A stretch of DNA of 64,000 nucleotides, from NCBI GenBank assembly GCA_036004525.1, contig DASYRJ010000033.1, positions 6,266 through 70,265 on the forward strand. The letters are read 5' to 3'. Source of the stretch: Gemmatimonadales bacterium. GTDB taxonomy: Bacteria > Gemmatimonadota > Gemmatimonadetes > Gemmatimonadales > GWC2-71-9. Position 1 is the first letter of the stretch. Each line of letters begins with the position of its first letter. The translations under genes were made by a program, and so were the position numbers. The notes under the pieces are model-generated. The model had not been told where the DNA came from, made no database searches, and saw only the letters and a list, made by a program, of their open reading frames with translations. Shown here one piece after another: positions 43,627 to 53,327 of the stretch.

Positions 43627-45426
43627 ATGAGACTCCACATCCGCAGGACCTTGACGGCGGCGCTCGTTCTCCTCGGACTCACGGGCTGCAACGGGATCCT
43701 CGACCTGAGCCCGAAGGATCAGCTGTCGGACCAGGCCGTCTTTAACGACCCCAATCTGGCCGAAGCCTTCCTGAACGACATTTATCGGGGCTTGGGGCAC
43801 GGGCTCTACGAGATCATGTTGAGCTCCATCAGCGACGAGTCGCATTTCATCCACAACTACAACACCGAACCGGTCGTGCAGTCGCTCATCACCTCGAGCG
43901 ACCGGGGCGCCATCGACGACGACCGGTTCAATCACTTCGACTGGAACGATAACTACTCCCGCATCCGGCAGGCGAACATCTTCCTCAGTCACATCGACGC
44001 GACTGACTTCGACCCGGCATGGAAGCAGCGGATGAAGGGAGAAGCGTTCTTCCTGCGGGCGTACTTCTACCACAACCTGATGCGGATGTACGGCGGCGTG
44101 CCGCTGATCACGAAGGTCTACGGCCTGAACGAGGACTATCAGGTCGCGCGGAACAGCTTCAAGGAGACGGTCGACTTCGTCGTCGCCGATGCCGACTCCG
44201 CAGCCGCCCTGCTGCCGCTCGTGCACACCGCCAGCAACCTCGGCCGCGCGACCAAAGGGGCCGCACTGGCGCTCAAGGCGCGGGTGCTGCTCTACGCGGC
44301 GAGCGACCTGTACAACGTGAACCCCAGCGGCCAGCCGGAGACGGGGTATACCAGCCCGCAGGATCGTACCGCCCTCTGGAGGGCCGCGAAGAACGCCGCC
44401 AAGGCGGTGATGGACCTCGGGATCTACAGCCTGTTCCGGCCCGCCCCGGCGAGCCCGCAGGAGGCGGCCAAGAACTACGCCGACCTGTTCCTGCAGCAGA
44501 CCAGCCCGGAAGCGATCATGAGCCGCTTCTTCCTGACCAGCCGGGGCGGGGCCGACGGCTACCATCCCGGCCGGGACAACGGCCCGAACGGCTACCACAC
44601 CTGGGGCGGGAATACGCCGATCCAGAATCTGGTGGACGACTATCGCATGGCTGACGGCTCGAAGTTCGACTGGGCCAACCCCGTGGAAGCCGCGGCGCCC
44701 TACGCGAACCGGGATCCTCGGTTCTATGGATCCATCCTGTTCGATGGCGCCCAATGGCGGGAGCGTCCCACCGACGTGAAGGCGCTCGACCCGTACGGCA
44801 TCATCCAGGGGTTCCGGGAGCTCAAGGTCCCCGACTCAACGGCGGTGGGCGGCTTCCGCGTGGTGGGCGGCCTCGATACGCGCGACGGCCCGATCGAGGA
44901 CTGGAACGGCAGCTACTCCGGCTACTACATCCGGAAGTTCATCGATCCGTCCTACAACGCCCAGTTCACCAGGCAGCAGGTGCCGTGGATTTTCTTCCGG
45001 TACGCCGAGATCCTGTTCCATTACGCCGAGGCATCGATCGAGCTGGGGGAACTGGGAGACGCGCTCGGCGTCCTGAACCAGATCCGGCGCCGCGCCGGCA
45101 TGCCGGAGTTCTCGACCAGCCTCGATCAGGCGACCCTGCGGGATGAATACCGCAACGAGCGGCGTGTCGAGATGGCGTTCGAAGAGCAGCGCTTCTTCGA
45201 CGTGCGCCGCTGGATGATCGCGCCCCAGGTGCTGAGCAAGAACGCCGTCGGCATCAACATCTTCCTCGAGGGTGATAACCGGATCGACCGGTCGACCTGG
45301 CGGAACTACCGCTACGACACGCTGAAGATCCAGGACCGGGCATGGAACGACAAGATGTACTTCATGCCGATTCACCGGGACGAGTTGAACCGCAACAGCC
45401 AGCTCAGGCAGAATCCTGGATACTAG
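43627..45426 (+). CDS. SusD/RagB family lipoprotein
   Basis: Lipobox LLGLTGC. RAYFYHNLMRMYGGVPL. C-terminal NPGY. Confidence 0.85.
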   Translation: MRLHIRRTLTAALVLLGLTGCNGILDLSPKDQLSDQAVFNDPNLAEAFLNDIYRGLGHGLYEIMLSSISDESHFIHNYNTEPVVQSLITSSDRGAIDDDRFNHFDWNDNYSRIRQANIFLSHIDATDFDPAWKQRMKGEAFFLRAYFYHNLMRMYGGVPLITKVYGLNEDYQVARNSFKETVDFVVADADSAAALLPLVHTASNLGRATKGAALALKARVLLYAASDLYNVNPSGQPETGYTSPQDRTALWRAAKNAAKAVMDLGIYSLFRPAPASPQEAAKNYADLFLQQTSPEAIMSRFFLTSRGGADGYHPGRDNGPNGYHTWGGNTPIQNLVDDYRMADGSKFDWANPVEAAAPYANRDPRFYGSILFDGAQWRERPTDVKALDPYGIIQGFRELKVPDSTAVGGFRVVGGLDTRDGPIEDWNGSYSGYYIRKFIDPSYNAQFTRQQVPWIFFRYAEILFHYAEASIELGELGDALGVLNQIRRRAGMPEFSTSLDQATLRDEYRNERRVEMAFEEQRFFDVRRWMIAPQVLSKNAVGINIFLEGDNRIDRSTWRNYRYDTLKIQDRAWNDKMYFMPIHRDELNRNSQLRQNPGY

Positions 45427-45444
45427 GGCTACAGGAGGAAAGCG

Positions 45445-45936
45445 ATGAGCAGCAAAGGGCTGGGGGAGATCGGGCTCGCGCTGCTGATCGGCTGCGGCGG
45501 CGGCACGGCGCGCCAGGACGCTCCGGCGCCCGACGAAGGGGCGGGGGCGGCGGGCGTCGCCGTGGGCTACGGCACCAAGGCGCCCGAAGAGGTGGCGGGG
45601 TCGGTGGCGTCCTTGTCGCCCGAGGACGCGGACGCCCGCGTGGCGCGGGTCGTGGACATGCTGGAGGGGCGCGTGGCGGGCCTCGCCGTGATCCGGCTGC
45701 CCAACGGGGAGGTCTCCCTGCGGATCCGCGGCGAGCACTCGACCAGCGGGGACAACGAGCCCCTGCTCGTGATCGACGGCGTGCCTGTGCGGGGCGCGAT
45801 CGGGGCCGCGCTCGCCGGCCTCGCCCCGCGCGACATCGCGCGGATCGACGTCTTGAAGGACGCCGGGTCCACCGCGATCTACGGCATGCAGGGCGCCAAC
45901 GGCGTGATCCTCATCACGACCCGGCGGGGCCGCTAG
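45445..45936 (+). CDS. Stand-alone TonB-dependent-receptor plug-fragment lipoprotein 1
   Basis: Lipobox LLIGC. VAVGYGT..LRIRGEHSTSGDNEPLLVIDGVP..VLKDAGSTAIYGMQGANGVILITTRRG aligns with the N-terminal plug region of the adjacent SusC. No barrel is present. Confidence 0.65.
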   Translation: MSSKGLGEIGLALLIGCGGGTARQDAPAPDEGAGAAGVAVGYGTKAPEEVAGSVASLSPEDADARVARVVDMLEGRVAGLAVIRLPNGEVSLRIRGEHSTSGDNEPLLVIDGVPVRGAIGAALAGLAPRDIARIDVLKDAGSTAIYGMQGANGVILITTRRGR

Positions 45937-45949
45937 GCTGGCGCGTGCG

Positions 45950-46393
45950 ATGAACCCGCACCATGCTTCCCGCCTGGCCGTCGCCGGCGCGCTCGCCTGC
46001 GGGGGGACGGCCGTGCCGCCGCCGGGGAGTTCCACGCCCGGGACCGCCGCCGTGACCACGATCGTCCCGAGCGAGACCGATGCGCGGGTACCGCGGGTGG
46101 AAGAGATGCTGCGCGGCGTGCCGGGTCTCGAGGTGACGCGGCTGCCGAACGGGAACTATCAGCTGCGCATCCGGGGCCCGCGCAGCATCAGAGGGAACCC
46201 GGGCGACGACAATCCGTTGCTCGTGATCGACGGGATTCCGATCCCGAACGAATCCATCGGCAGCATGCTGGCCGACCTGGCGCCGCGCGACGTCGCGCGG
46301 ATCGAGGTGCTCAAGGATGCATCGGCGACGAGTATGTACGGATCACGCGGCGCCAACGGCGTGATCGTGATTACCACCAAGCGGGCACGATAG
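45950..46393 (+). CDS. Stand-alone TonB-dependent-receptor plug-fragment lipoprotein 2 (paralog)
   Basis: Lipobox GALAC. LRIRGPRSIRGNPGDDNPLLVIDGIP..VLKDASATSMYGSRGANGVIVITTKR. Confidence 0.65.
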   Translation: MNPHHASRLAVAGALACGGTAVPPPGSSTPGTAAVTTIVPSETDARVPRVEEMLRGVPGLEVTRLPNGNYQLRIRGPRSIRGNPGDDNPLLVIDGIPIPNESIGSMLADLAPRDVARIEVLKDASATSMYGSRGANGVIVITTKRAR

Positions 46394-46404
46394 GAGGGAT
46401 CGTC

Positions 46405-47001
46405 ATGACGTCTCGCATCAGTCGGCTGGTGGCGGCCGCGGCGCTGCTCTGCGCCGCTCCCGCGGCGGCACAGGGGGCCGGCGGGGCCGGCGCCGTCGAA
46501 GTCGGCGCGTTCGCGCGCCGCACGCATTTCGACAACAGCCTGGGGATGAAGAGCACCATCGGGGTGGGTGGATGGGCATCGGTCGCCATCCGGCCCGGGC
46601 TCGCGTTCGAGCTGGACCTCTCCCACACGTCCGCCGACTACAAGAGCGGGAGCGGCTCGGCGACCTACACGCCGATGCACGCCCGGCTGGTCGGGACGTT
46701 CACGGCCGGCCCACGGGTGGAGGCCGCGTTGGGCGGGGGGTACGTGCACAACTCGTACGGGGGCTCGCTGGACGCGAGCGACGGCGGCTTGTCCGCGCTC
46801 CTGGGCCTGCGCTACCAGGCGACCAACCGGGTGTGGATGCGGCTCGGCCTCGACCTCGACGTCATGTTCCACCCGTCGAGCGACAGTCCATTCGTGTTTT
46901 ACACGGGTAACTGGGCCCTCACGCTCGGCGCCGCCGCGCGGTTGCACGGCGGCGGAGGCGGGGGCGCCGCGTCGTCACAGTCGGTAGGTCTGCTTCGCTA
47001 G
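46405..47001 (+). CDS. Small outer-membrane beta-barrel protein (OmpA-barrel/porin-like)
   Basis: Signal peptide LLCAAPAAAQG. Alternating amphipathic strands (AFELDLSHT, ALLGLRYQA, WMRLGLDLDVMF, WALTLGAAARL). The 3' end overlaps convergent uxaC by 27 nt. Confidence 0.55.
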   Translation: MTSRISRLVAAAALLCAAPAAAQGAGGAGAVEVGAFARRTHFDNSLGMKSTIGVGGWASVAIRPGLAFELDLSHTSADYKSGSGSATYTPMHARLVGTFTAGPRVEAALGGGYVHNSYGGSLDASDGGLSALLGLRYQATNRVWMRLGLDLDVMFHPSSDSPFVFYTGNWALTLGAAARLHGGGGGGAASSQSVGLLR

Positions 47002-48432
47002 ATCGTACGCGAGCGCGCGCGCCATCGGGCGCGCGTCGCTCTCGTCGATCACGTGGCGCGCCACCAGCCCCGCCAGATAGTTGGCATCCATGCGCCGCGC
47101 CAGGTCGTGCCGCGCCGGGATCGAGCAAAACGCCCGCGTGTCGTCGTTGAACCCCGCCGTCTTGTAGATCCCCGCCGTCTCCGTCGTCCGCTCGCGGAAC
47201 CGCCGCATTCCTTCCATCGAATCGAAGAACCACCACGGCGGCCCGAGCCGGACCGCCGGATAATGCCCCGCGAGCGGCGCCAGCTCCCGGCTGTAGGTGG
47301 ACTCATCGAGGGTGAAGAGCACCAGGGAGAGCCGCGCGTCGTTGCCGTAGGCGTTCAGCAGCGGGCGCAGGTTGCGCGTGAATTCGGTGGCGACGGGCAT
47401 GTCGCCGCCCCGGTCGGGACCGAACCGCTCGAACACCAGGCGGTTGTGGTCGCGCAGCGCGCCGGCATGGATCTGCATCACCAACCCGTCCTCCAGCGAC
47501 AGCCGGGCCATCTCCATGAGGAGATGCGCCGTGAAGCGGCGCTCGTCGGCGGGCGTGACTTCGCCCTGGCACGCCAGGTGAAACAGGCGCTCCGCCTCCT
47601 CGCCCCCCCCCTCGAGGGCCCCGGTAAACGGCTCGAGCACGGCGTGGTCGGTCGCCGTGGCGCCCAGGCTCTTGAAATAGGCCCGGCGATCGGCCAGCGC
47701 CCGCACGAACCCGACGTAGTCGCGCACCGGCTCACCGTCGGCACGCCCCAGGGCGTCCAGCGCTTTGGACCAGCCGCGCGCCGCGATCCGAAACAGGGCG
47801 TCCGGCCGGAAGGTCGGGACCACGCGCCCCTTCCATCCCGATTCGCGGATCGCCCGGTGGTGGTCGAGCATGTCGCTCGCCGCATCGGTCGTGGCCAACA
47901 CCTCGATGTTGAAGCGCTCGAACAGGGCCCGCGGGCGGAACTCGGGCGAGCGGAGCTTCTCCCGGATTTCGTCGTAGATGCGCGGCGCCGTTTCGCCCGA
48001 CAACCGGGTGCCGATGCCGAAGACCTCGTGCAGCTCGTAATCGAGCCAGGCGCCGGTCGGCGTGCCGTGAAACAGGTGGTAATGGTCCGCGAAGCGCTGC
48101 CACACCTTGCAGGGATCGGCCTCCACCGGGGCGCCGTCGCGGCGCGGGACGCCCAGCGCCTCGAGCGGGACGCCGTGCGCGTACAACAGTCTCAGGATGT
48201 AGTGGTCGGGCTGAACGATGAGCGCCGCCGGCTCGGGGAAGGGTGTGTCCTCCGCCAGGATGCGGGGATCGACGTGGCCGTGCGGGGAGATGATAGGCAG
48301 GCCGCGCGTCTCCTCGTACAGCGCGCGCGCGACCCGACGAACCGAAGGGTCGGGATCGAAGCAGCGATCCTCGGAGAGGACGCCGGCGTCTAGACGGCCG
48401 GCGTCCAGCCCGGAGCGTACTCGCGTTGCCAC
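46975..48432 (-). CDS. uxaC: Uronate (glucuronate) isomerase
   Basis: RRVARALYEETRGLPIISPHGHVDP.., IVQPDHYILRLL, and family-typical length. The start is uncertain: GTG 48432 or CTG 48408, with no ATG near the conserved N-terminus. Confidence 0.8.
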   Translation of the reverse strand: MATRVRSGLDAGRLDAGVLSEDRCFDPDPSVRRVARALYEETRGLPIISPHGHVDPRILAEDTPFPEPAALIVQPDHYILRLLYAHGVPLEALGVPRRDGAPVEADPCKVWQRFADHYHLFHGTPTGAWLDYELHEVFGIGTRLSGETAPRIYDEIREKLRSPEFRPRALFERFNIEVLATTDAASDMLDHHRAIRESGWKGRVVPTFRPDALFRIAARGWSKALDALGRADGEPVRDYVGFVRALADRRAYFKSLGATATDHAVLEPFTGALEGGGEEAERLFHLACQGEVTPADERRFTAHLLMEMARLSLEDGLVMQIHAGALRDHNRLVFERFGPDRGGDMPVATEFTRNLRPLLNAYGNDARLSLVLFTLDESTYSRELAPLAGHYPAVRLGPPWWFFDSMEGMRRFRERTTETAGIYKTAGFNDDTRAFCSIPARHDLARRMDANYLAGLVARHVIDESDARPMARALAYDLAKQTYRL

Positions 48433-49709
48433 AAGGCCATGGCCTGTTCGTCGCCCTGAATGTGCCCGGACTGGGGGTCGGTGCGGAGCGCCCGGCCGGT
48501 CCACTGCGCGATATTGCCGAGGTGACACAGCAGCACGCTCTTCGCCCCCTCCGCGATCGGCTGGGTCACCGGCGCGCCCGTGCGGATCGCCTCGACAAAA
48601 TTCGCGATGTGGAGCGTGGTGAGCAGGTCGTCCCCGCTCGGCGCCAGGGGATCGGCGACCGCGGGCGCGATCGATTCCTTCACGACCTTGCGGTCCAGAT
48701 CGTACACCGTGTAGCCGTCCTGGTCCATCACGACCGTCCCGGTCGTCCCGTGCACGATGGTGCCGCGGCCGCGATTCTCCGTGGGGAACGGATTGCAGCT
48801 CAAGCCCTGCCACACGATCGCACGCTGACCCTCGAACTCGAAGCCGGCTTCCTGGGTATCGGTGAACTCCCAATCGTCTTCGAAATGATACCGACCGCCC
48901 ACCGACGTCACGCGCACGGGGTAGTCGACACCCAGGGCCCAGCGGGCGACGTCGATCTCGTGGGTCCCGTTGTTGCAGATCTCGCCGGTGCCCCAGCGCC
49001 GGAACCAATGCCAGTTGTAGTGGATGACGTTGTCCCGGTACGGCGTGCGGGGCGCCGGTCCCTGCCACAGCTCGTAGTCTAGGCCCGACGGGACGGGCAC
49101 GGCCTTGCCGCGGCCGATCGAGCGGCGCCGGTTCGCGTACCAGGCACGGGCCAGATAGGGACGTCCGATCGCCCCTTCCCGGACAGCCTGGACCGCCTCC
49201 TGGGCGCGGGGGGAAGACCGGCGCTGCGTGCCCATCTGGACCACGCGCTTGGCCTTGCGCTGCGCCTCCACCAGCAGCTCGCCTTCGCGCGGATTGTGGC
49301 CGCAGGGCTTCTCGACGTACACGTGTTTGCCCGCCGAGAGCGCCAGGATCGCCGCGGGCGCGTGCCAATGGTCGGGGGCGGCGATCACCAGCGCGTCGAT
49401 CGTCTTGTCCTCGAGGGCGCGGCGGAAGTCGACCAGCCCCTTGGGGGGGGCGCCTTTCGCCTGGGCTGTGCCGACGGCCGCCACGCCCTTGGCGAGCACC
49501 TGCGCATCCACGTCGCACACACAGGCGACTTCGGTGTTGGGCGTCTTGGCGAACACGCGGGCGAGGACGGTGCCGCGGCCGTTCAGGCCCATGACCGCGA
49601 CGACCACCTTCTCGGCCGGCGAGCCGCGGAGCGCGAGCAAGGGTGCGCGGGCGGCCGCGAGCCCGAGGCCCGTCGCCGAGACGGTCTTCACGAAGTGGCG
49701 GCGCTTCAC
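48390..49709 (-). CDS. Gfo/Idh/MocA oxidoreductase with Tat signal (periplasmic)
   Basis: VKRRHFVKTVSATGLGLAAA twin-arginine leader. VAVMGLNGRG Rossmann motif. YVEKPCGH. Confidence 0.85.
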   Translation of the reverse strand: MKRRHFVKTVSATGLGLAAARAPLLALRGSPAEKVVVAVMGLNGRGTVLARVFAKTPNTEVACVCDVDAQVLAKGVAAVGTAQAKGAPPKGLVDFRRALEDKTIDALVIAAPDHWHAPAAILALSAGKHVYVEKPCGHNPREGELLVEAQRKAKRVVQMGTQRRSSPRAQEAVQAVREGAIGRPYLARAWYANRRRSIGRGKAVPVPSGLDYELWQGPAPRTPYRDNVIHYNWHWFRRWGTGEICNNGTHEIDVARWALGVDYPVRVTSVGGRYHFEDDWEFTDTQEAGFEFEGQRAIVWQGLSCNPFPTENRGRGTIVHGTTGTVVMDQDGYTVYDLDRKVVKESIAPAVADPLAPSGDDLLTTLHIANFVEAIRTGAPVTQPIAEGAKSVLLCHLGNIAQWTGRALRTDPQSGHIQGDEQAMALWQREYAPGWTPAV

Positions 49710-50476
49710 AGCGGTCTCACTTTGATGTTGCGGAAATAGACCTCATCGCCGTGATCCTGCAAGACGATGTGTCCCCGGCGGCGGTCGGCAAAGCCGGGGA
49801 TCGAGCGGTACTTGCTCTTCGCGAGGAGGGAGTCCATGCGCGCGGTGCCCAAATCGAACTCGACGATCTTCCGGCCGTTGAGCCAGTGCTCCCCGTGGTT
49901 GCCGCGGAAGATGACGGCGGCCCGGTTCCATTCGCCCACGGGACGCAGCTGCTTCGCGTCGCTCGGCGCGATCAGGTCGTACAACGCGCCGGAGCGGTGG
50001 GTGGGCAGCTTCCCGTCCTCGTGCCGATCGTCGTCGATCATCTGGTACTCGAACCCCAGGGCCGAGTGGTTCGGAGCGATGGCGCCGCGGGCGACGGCCG
50101 TGGGGGTCATCGCGCCGTTCTGGGCGATCGACATTTCCTCGGAGACGTTGTACTTGACGCCGCTGTTCGCCCCCGGCGTAACCTTCCACTCCCAGGTCAG
50201 CTCGAGGTCTCCGAACGTCTCCACGGTCATCAGGTCGCCGCCGTTGAGGGGTCGCCCGTCTGCGACCCGGGGGATGTCGCCGCTCGCGATCTTCTTGATG
50301 GCGCCGTCCACCACGACCCAGTGCCCGGTCGGCACGGTGTCGTAGCCCAGCCCGCGCCAGCCGGCCAGCGTGCGTCCATCGAACAACAGCTGCCAGCCGG
50401 CGGCACGTTCGGGGGCGGTCAGTTCATTGGGCCCGCTCGTTTGGAAAGCGAGGACGAGGATGAGTGGCGTGATCAT
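49706..50476 (-). CDS. DUF1080 / 3-keto-disaccharide hydrolase-like protein (secreted)
   Basis: ATGA overlap with the MFS stop. GWQLLFDGRTLAGWRG, FGDLELTWEWKV, ANSGVKY, HIVLQDHGDEVYFRNIKV. Confidence 0.8.
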   Translation of the reverse strand: MITPLILVLAFQTSGPNELTAPERAAGWQLLFDGRTLAGWRGLGYDTVPTGHWVVVDGAIKKIASGDIPRVADGRPLNGGDLMTVETFGDLELTWEWKVTPGANSGVKYNVSEEMSIAQNGAMTPTAVARGAIAPNHSALGFEYQMIDDDRHEDGKLPTHRSGALYDLIAPSDAKQLRPVGEWNRAAVIFRGNHGEHWLNGRKIVEFDLGTARMDSLLAKSKYRSIPGFADRRRGHIVLQDHGDEVYFRNIKVRPL

Positions 50477-51768
50477 GGCGTCTCCTTCAGCCGGGCGGGC
50501 TCGAGCCTCGGGGCGAGAATGTGGATGATCGTCCAGGCGGTCACGTAGGCGAGCCCGCAGACAATGAAGATGGGTGTGTAGTCGTTCCCGTTGGCGTCGA
50601 GGATGCGGCCGGTGACGCGCTGGAACGCCCAGCCGCCGATGCCGCCGGCGAACGCCCCGATACCGACCACCGAGCCCACCGCCGCGCGCGGGAACATGTC
50701 GCTGGCCAGCGTATAGACGTTGGCGGACCACGCCTGGTGCGCCGCGGCGGCGACGCTGACGATCAGGACGGCGGTCCACATGCTCCCCGCCAGGGGCGCC
50801 AGGACCGTGGGCAATATCAGGAGCGCCATGGCGAGCATGGCAGTTTTGCGCGCCCGGTTGACCGTCCAGCCCCGCTTGATCAGCGCGCTCGAGAGCCACC
50901 CACCGCCCACCGAGCCTACGTCCGCGATCACATACACGACGATGAGCGGCAGCGCGACCTGCGCCAACTTGATGCCGTACTTGGCGTCCAGAAACTTCGG
51001 CAGCCAGTACAGATAGAACCACCACACCGGATCGGCCAGCAGCTTCCCGACGGCGAACGCCCAGGTCTGGCGATGGGTCAGGAGGTGGGCCCAGGGCACG
51101 CCGGCCACCGGCGCGTCCGGCGGATCGCTCAGGATGTGCGCGCGCTCGGCCTCCGACACGCGCGGATGCTGCTCGGGGTTCCGGTACACGGCCAGCCAGA
51201 AGACCAGCCACAGGAAGCCGAGTGAGCCCGTCGCGATGAAGGCCCACTGCCAGCCCCAGGTCAGCGCGATCCAGGGGACGATGAGCGGCGTGAGGATCGC
51301 GCCCGTGTTCGTGCCGGCGTTGAAGATGCCGGTCGCGAGCGCCCGTTCGCGCTTCGGGAACCACTCGGCGACGGTCTTGATCGCGCCGGGAAAATTGGCC
51401 GACTCGGCGACGCCCAGGAACGCCCGCGCGGCGGAGAACGCGGCGGTGGTGCGGGCAAAGGCGTGCGCCATGGCCGCCAGGCTCCACGCGACGACCGCCG
51501 CCGCGAACCCGCGCCGCACGCCGATCCGGTCGAACAGCCGCCCGGCCGCGAGGAAGGCGAACGCGTAGGGCAGGCTGAACCACGACACGACGTCGCCGTA
51601 CGCGGCCTCGGACCACCCGAGTTCGCGTTGCAGCGTCGGCGCCAGAATACCGAGCACCTGCCGGTCCACGTAATTGATCGTGGTGACGACGAACAGCAGG
51701 GCGCAGATCGTCCAGCGGTACCCGAAGAGGCGGGTACGGACCGGCGCCGGAGCGGCGGTCCACGTCAC
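50473..51768 (-). CDS. MFS transporter, hexuronate transporter (ExuT)-like
   Basis: 12 predicted TM segments. INYVDRQVLG. GRLFDRIGVRRG loop motif. Confidence 0.8.
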   Translation of the reverse strand: MTWTAAPAPVRTRLFGYRWTICALLFVVTTINYVDRQVLGILAPTLQRELGWSEAAYGDVVSWFSLPYAFAFLAAGRLFDRIGVRRGFAAAVVAWSLAAMAHAFARTTAAFSAARAFLGVAESANFPGAIKTVAEWFPKRERALATGIFNAGTNTGAILTPLIVPWIALTWGWQWAFIATGSLGFLWLVFWLAVYRNPEQHPRVSEAERAHILSDPPDAPVAGVPWAHLLTHRQTWAFAVGKLLADPVWWFYLYWLPKFLDAKYGIKLAQVALPLIVVYVIADVGSVGGGWLSSALIKRGWTVNRARKTAMLAMALLILPTVLAPLAGSMWTAVLIVSVAAAAHQAWSANVYTLASDMFPRAAVGSVVGIGAFAGGIGGWAFQRVTGRILDANGNDYTPIFIVCGLAYVTAWTIIHILAPRLEPARLKETP

Positions 51769-53327
51769 AACGTCACGCCTTCCTTCCAGATGGCGATCTC
51801 GCGATAGCCGTGCTTCTCGTTGTTGGCCAGCTCCCGTCCCGAGGCCACGTCGAGGATCAATGCGAACAGGTCATCGGCGAGCCGGTCCATGGTGGCCGAG
51901 CCGTCGAGCAGCGCCCCGGCGTTGAGATCGATCCAGTGCGGTTTCTTCTCGGCGATCGCGGTGTTGGACGAGATCTTGAGCGTCGGCACCGGAAAGCCGA
52001 GCGGGGTGCCACGGCCCGTCGTGAAGAGGAGCAGCGTCGCGCCGCTCGCGACCAGCGCCGTCGACGACACGCCGTCGTTGCCCGGCGACTCGAGCAGCGC
52101 CAACCCTCCCGCCCGCATCACCGCCGGCTCGCCGTAGCGCAGTACGTGAGTCACCGGCGCCCGGCCGCCCTTCTGGATCGCGCCCAGCGATTTCTCCTCG
52201 AGCGTGGTCAGGCCCCCTGCGACGTTGCCCGGCGACGGGTTCTCGTAGATCGGCTGCCCGTGGCGCAGGAAGTATCCCTTGAAATCGTTGACCAGCGCGA
52301 CGATGCCCTCGAACACGCGCTCATCGGCCGCCCGGTTCATCAGCACCCGTTCGGCGCCGAACATCTCCGGGACCTCGGTGAGGATCACGCCGCCGCCCAG
52401 CGCCGTCAGCCGGTCGGCGATGCGCCCGACGAGGGGATTGGCCGTGATGCCGCTCAACCCGTCCGACCCGCCGCACTTGTGGCCGAGGATCAGATCGGCG
52501 GCGGAACACTCCTCGCGCCGGTCGCGCTCCATCACGGCGACGAGCTGCCCCAGGGCCTCGAGCCCCGCCTCGACTTCGTCCGTGACGTCCTGCGAGTTGA
52601 AGAACCGGAGCCGCTCGCGCTCGACGTTCCCCGCGAGGTGGACCAGCTCGTCCATCTGATTGTTCTCGCAGCCGAGGCCGAGTACCAGGACCGCGCCGGC
52701 GTTCGGGTGGCGCATCAGGCCGGCCAGGGCGCGCTGCGTGTTGCGGAGATCGTCGCCGAGCTGGCCGCAGCCGTAGGGGTGCGAGAAGCTGTACACCCCG
52801 TCGATCCGGCTGCCGAACAGCGCCGCGCCCTCGCGGGCGATCCGCTCCGCCGCATGGTTCACGCAGCCGACGGTGTTGAGGATCCACACCTCGTTGCGCG
52901 TGCCCACGCGGCCGTTGGCGCGGCGGTACCCCATGAACGTCGCCCTCACCCCCTGGCCCCCGCTCCCCTTCGCTGCGCTCAGGGCAGGCTCTTCGGGAGA
53001 GGGGGAACGTGGGGGTGAGGACGGCTCGTATGTGTACTCCAGCACCCCTTCCAGGCACGTCTTGAGATTGTGCGAATGGACCCAGGCGCCGGGGGCGATC
53101 GCGGCGGTGGCGGCCCCGATCGGGAAGCCGTACTTGACGACCACTTCGCCCCGCGCGAGCGCGCGCAGCGCGACCTTATGGCCGGCGGGGACGTCCTCCA
53201 GGAGGGGTAACGCGCGCGTTGCCCCTGCCCCCTCGACCACGACCTCGCTCCCCGCGGTGAGCGCCCGAATCGCCACCGCGACGTCGTCCGCCGGGTGGAT
53301 TTTGAGCGCCTGTGCGGCCACGCTCAC
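51765..53327 (-). CDS. uxaA: Altronate/galactarate dehydratase family (UxaA-like) with an extra repeat-derived linker segment
   Basis: SAF N-domain (IHPADDVAVAI, AGHKVAL). TFMGYRRANGRVGTRNEVWI, GCVN, HPYGCGQ, LGCE. Insert SSPPRSPSPEEPALSAAKGSGGQGVRA. Confidence 0.85.
   Translation of the reverse strand: MSVAAQALKIHPADDVAVAIRALTAGSEVVVEGAGATRALPLLEDVPAGHKVALRALARGEVVVKYGFPIGAATAAIAPGAWVHSHNLKTCLEGVLEYTYEPSSPPRSPSPEEPALSAAKGSGGQGVRATFMGYRRANGRVGTRNEVWILNTVGCVNHAAERIAREGAALFGSRIDGVYSFSHPYGCGQLGDDLRNTQRALAGLMRHPNAGAVLVLGLGCENNQMDELVHLAGNVERERLRFFNSQDVTDEVEAGLEALGQLVAVMERDRREECSAADLILGHKCGGSDGLSGITANPLVGRIADRLTALGGGVILTEVPEMFGAERVLMNRAADERVFEGIVALVNDFKGYFLRHGQPIYENPSPGNVAGGLTTLEEKSLGAIQKGGRAPVTHVLRYGEPAVMRAGGLALLESPGNDGVSSTALVASGATLLLFTTGRGTPLGFPVPTLKISSNTAIAEKKPHWIDLNAGALLDGSATMDRLADDLFALILDVASGRELANNEKHGYREIAIWKEGVTL
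52944..53020. repeat. GC-rich nested palindromic repeat, copy 1 (inside uxaA)
   Basis: CCTCACCCCC-TGG-CCCCCGCTCCC-[27 nt]-GGGAGAGGGGG-AACGT-GGGGGTGAGG. Confidence 0.8.

Noticed and set aside
41213-44754. Minus-strand ORFs 41213..43312 (699 aa) and 43609..44754 (381 aa), plus plus-strand 40330..42081 (583 aa)
   Set aside because: They are antisense or out of frame to the SusC and SusD genes. Their composition is Arg/Pro/Gly-rich with no domain signatures.
48390-48432. Non-canonical start or recoding at the uxaC 5' end
   Set aside because: The absence of an ATG near the conserved N-terminus is most simply explained by the GTG start at 48432, which overlaps the upstream gene by 43 nt, or by the CTG at 48408. 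There is no evidence for anything more exotic.
46975-49518. 847-aa reading of the uxaC frame, and the similar 685-aa ORF 49706..51763
   Set aside because: Only the C-terminal parts are genuine (UxaC of about 485 aa, DUF1080 of 256 aa). The N-terminal extensions run out of frame across the neighbouring oxidoreductase and MFS genes and are Arg/Gly-rich.
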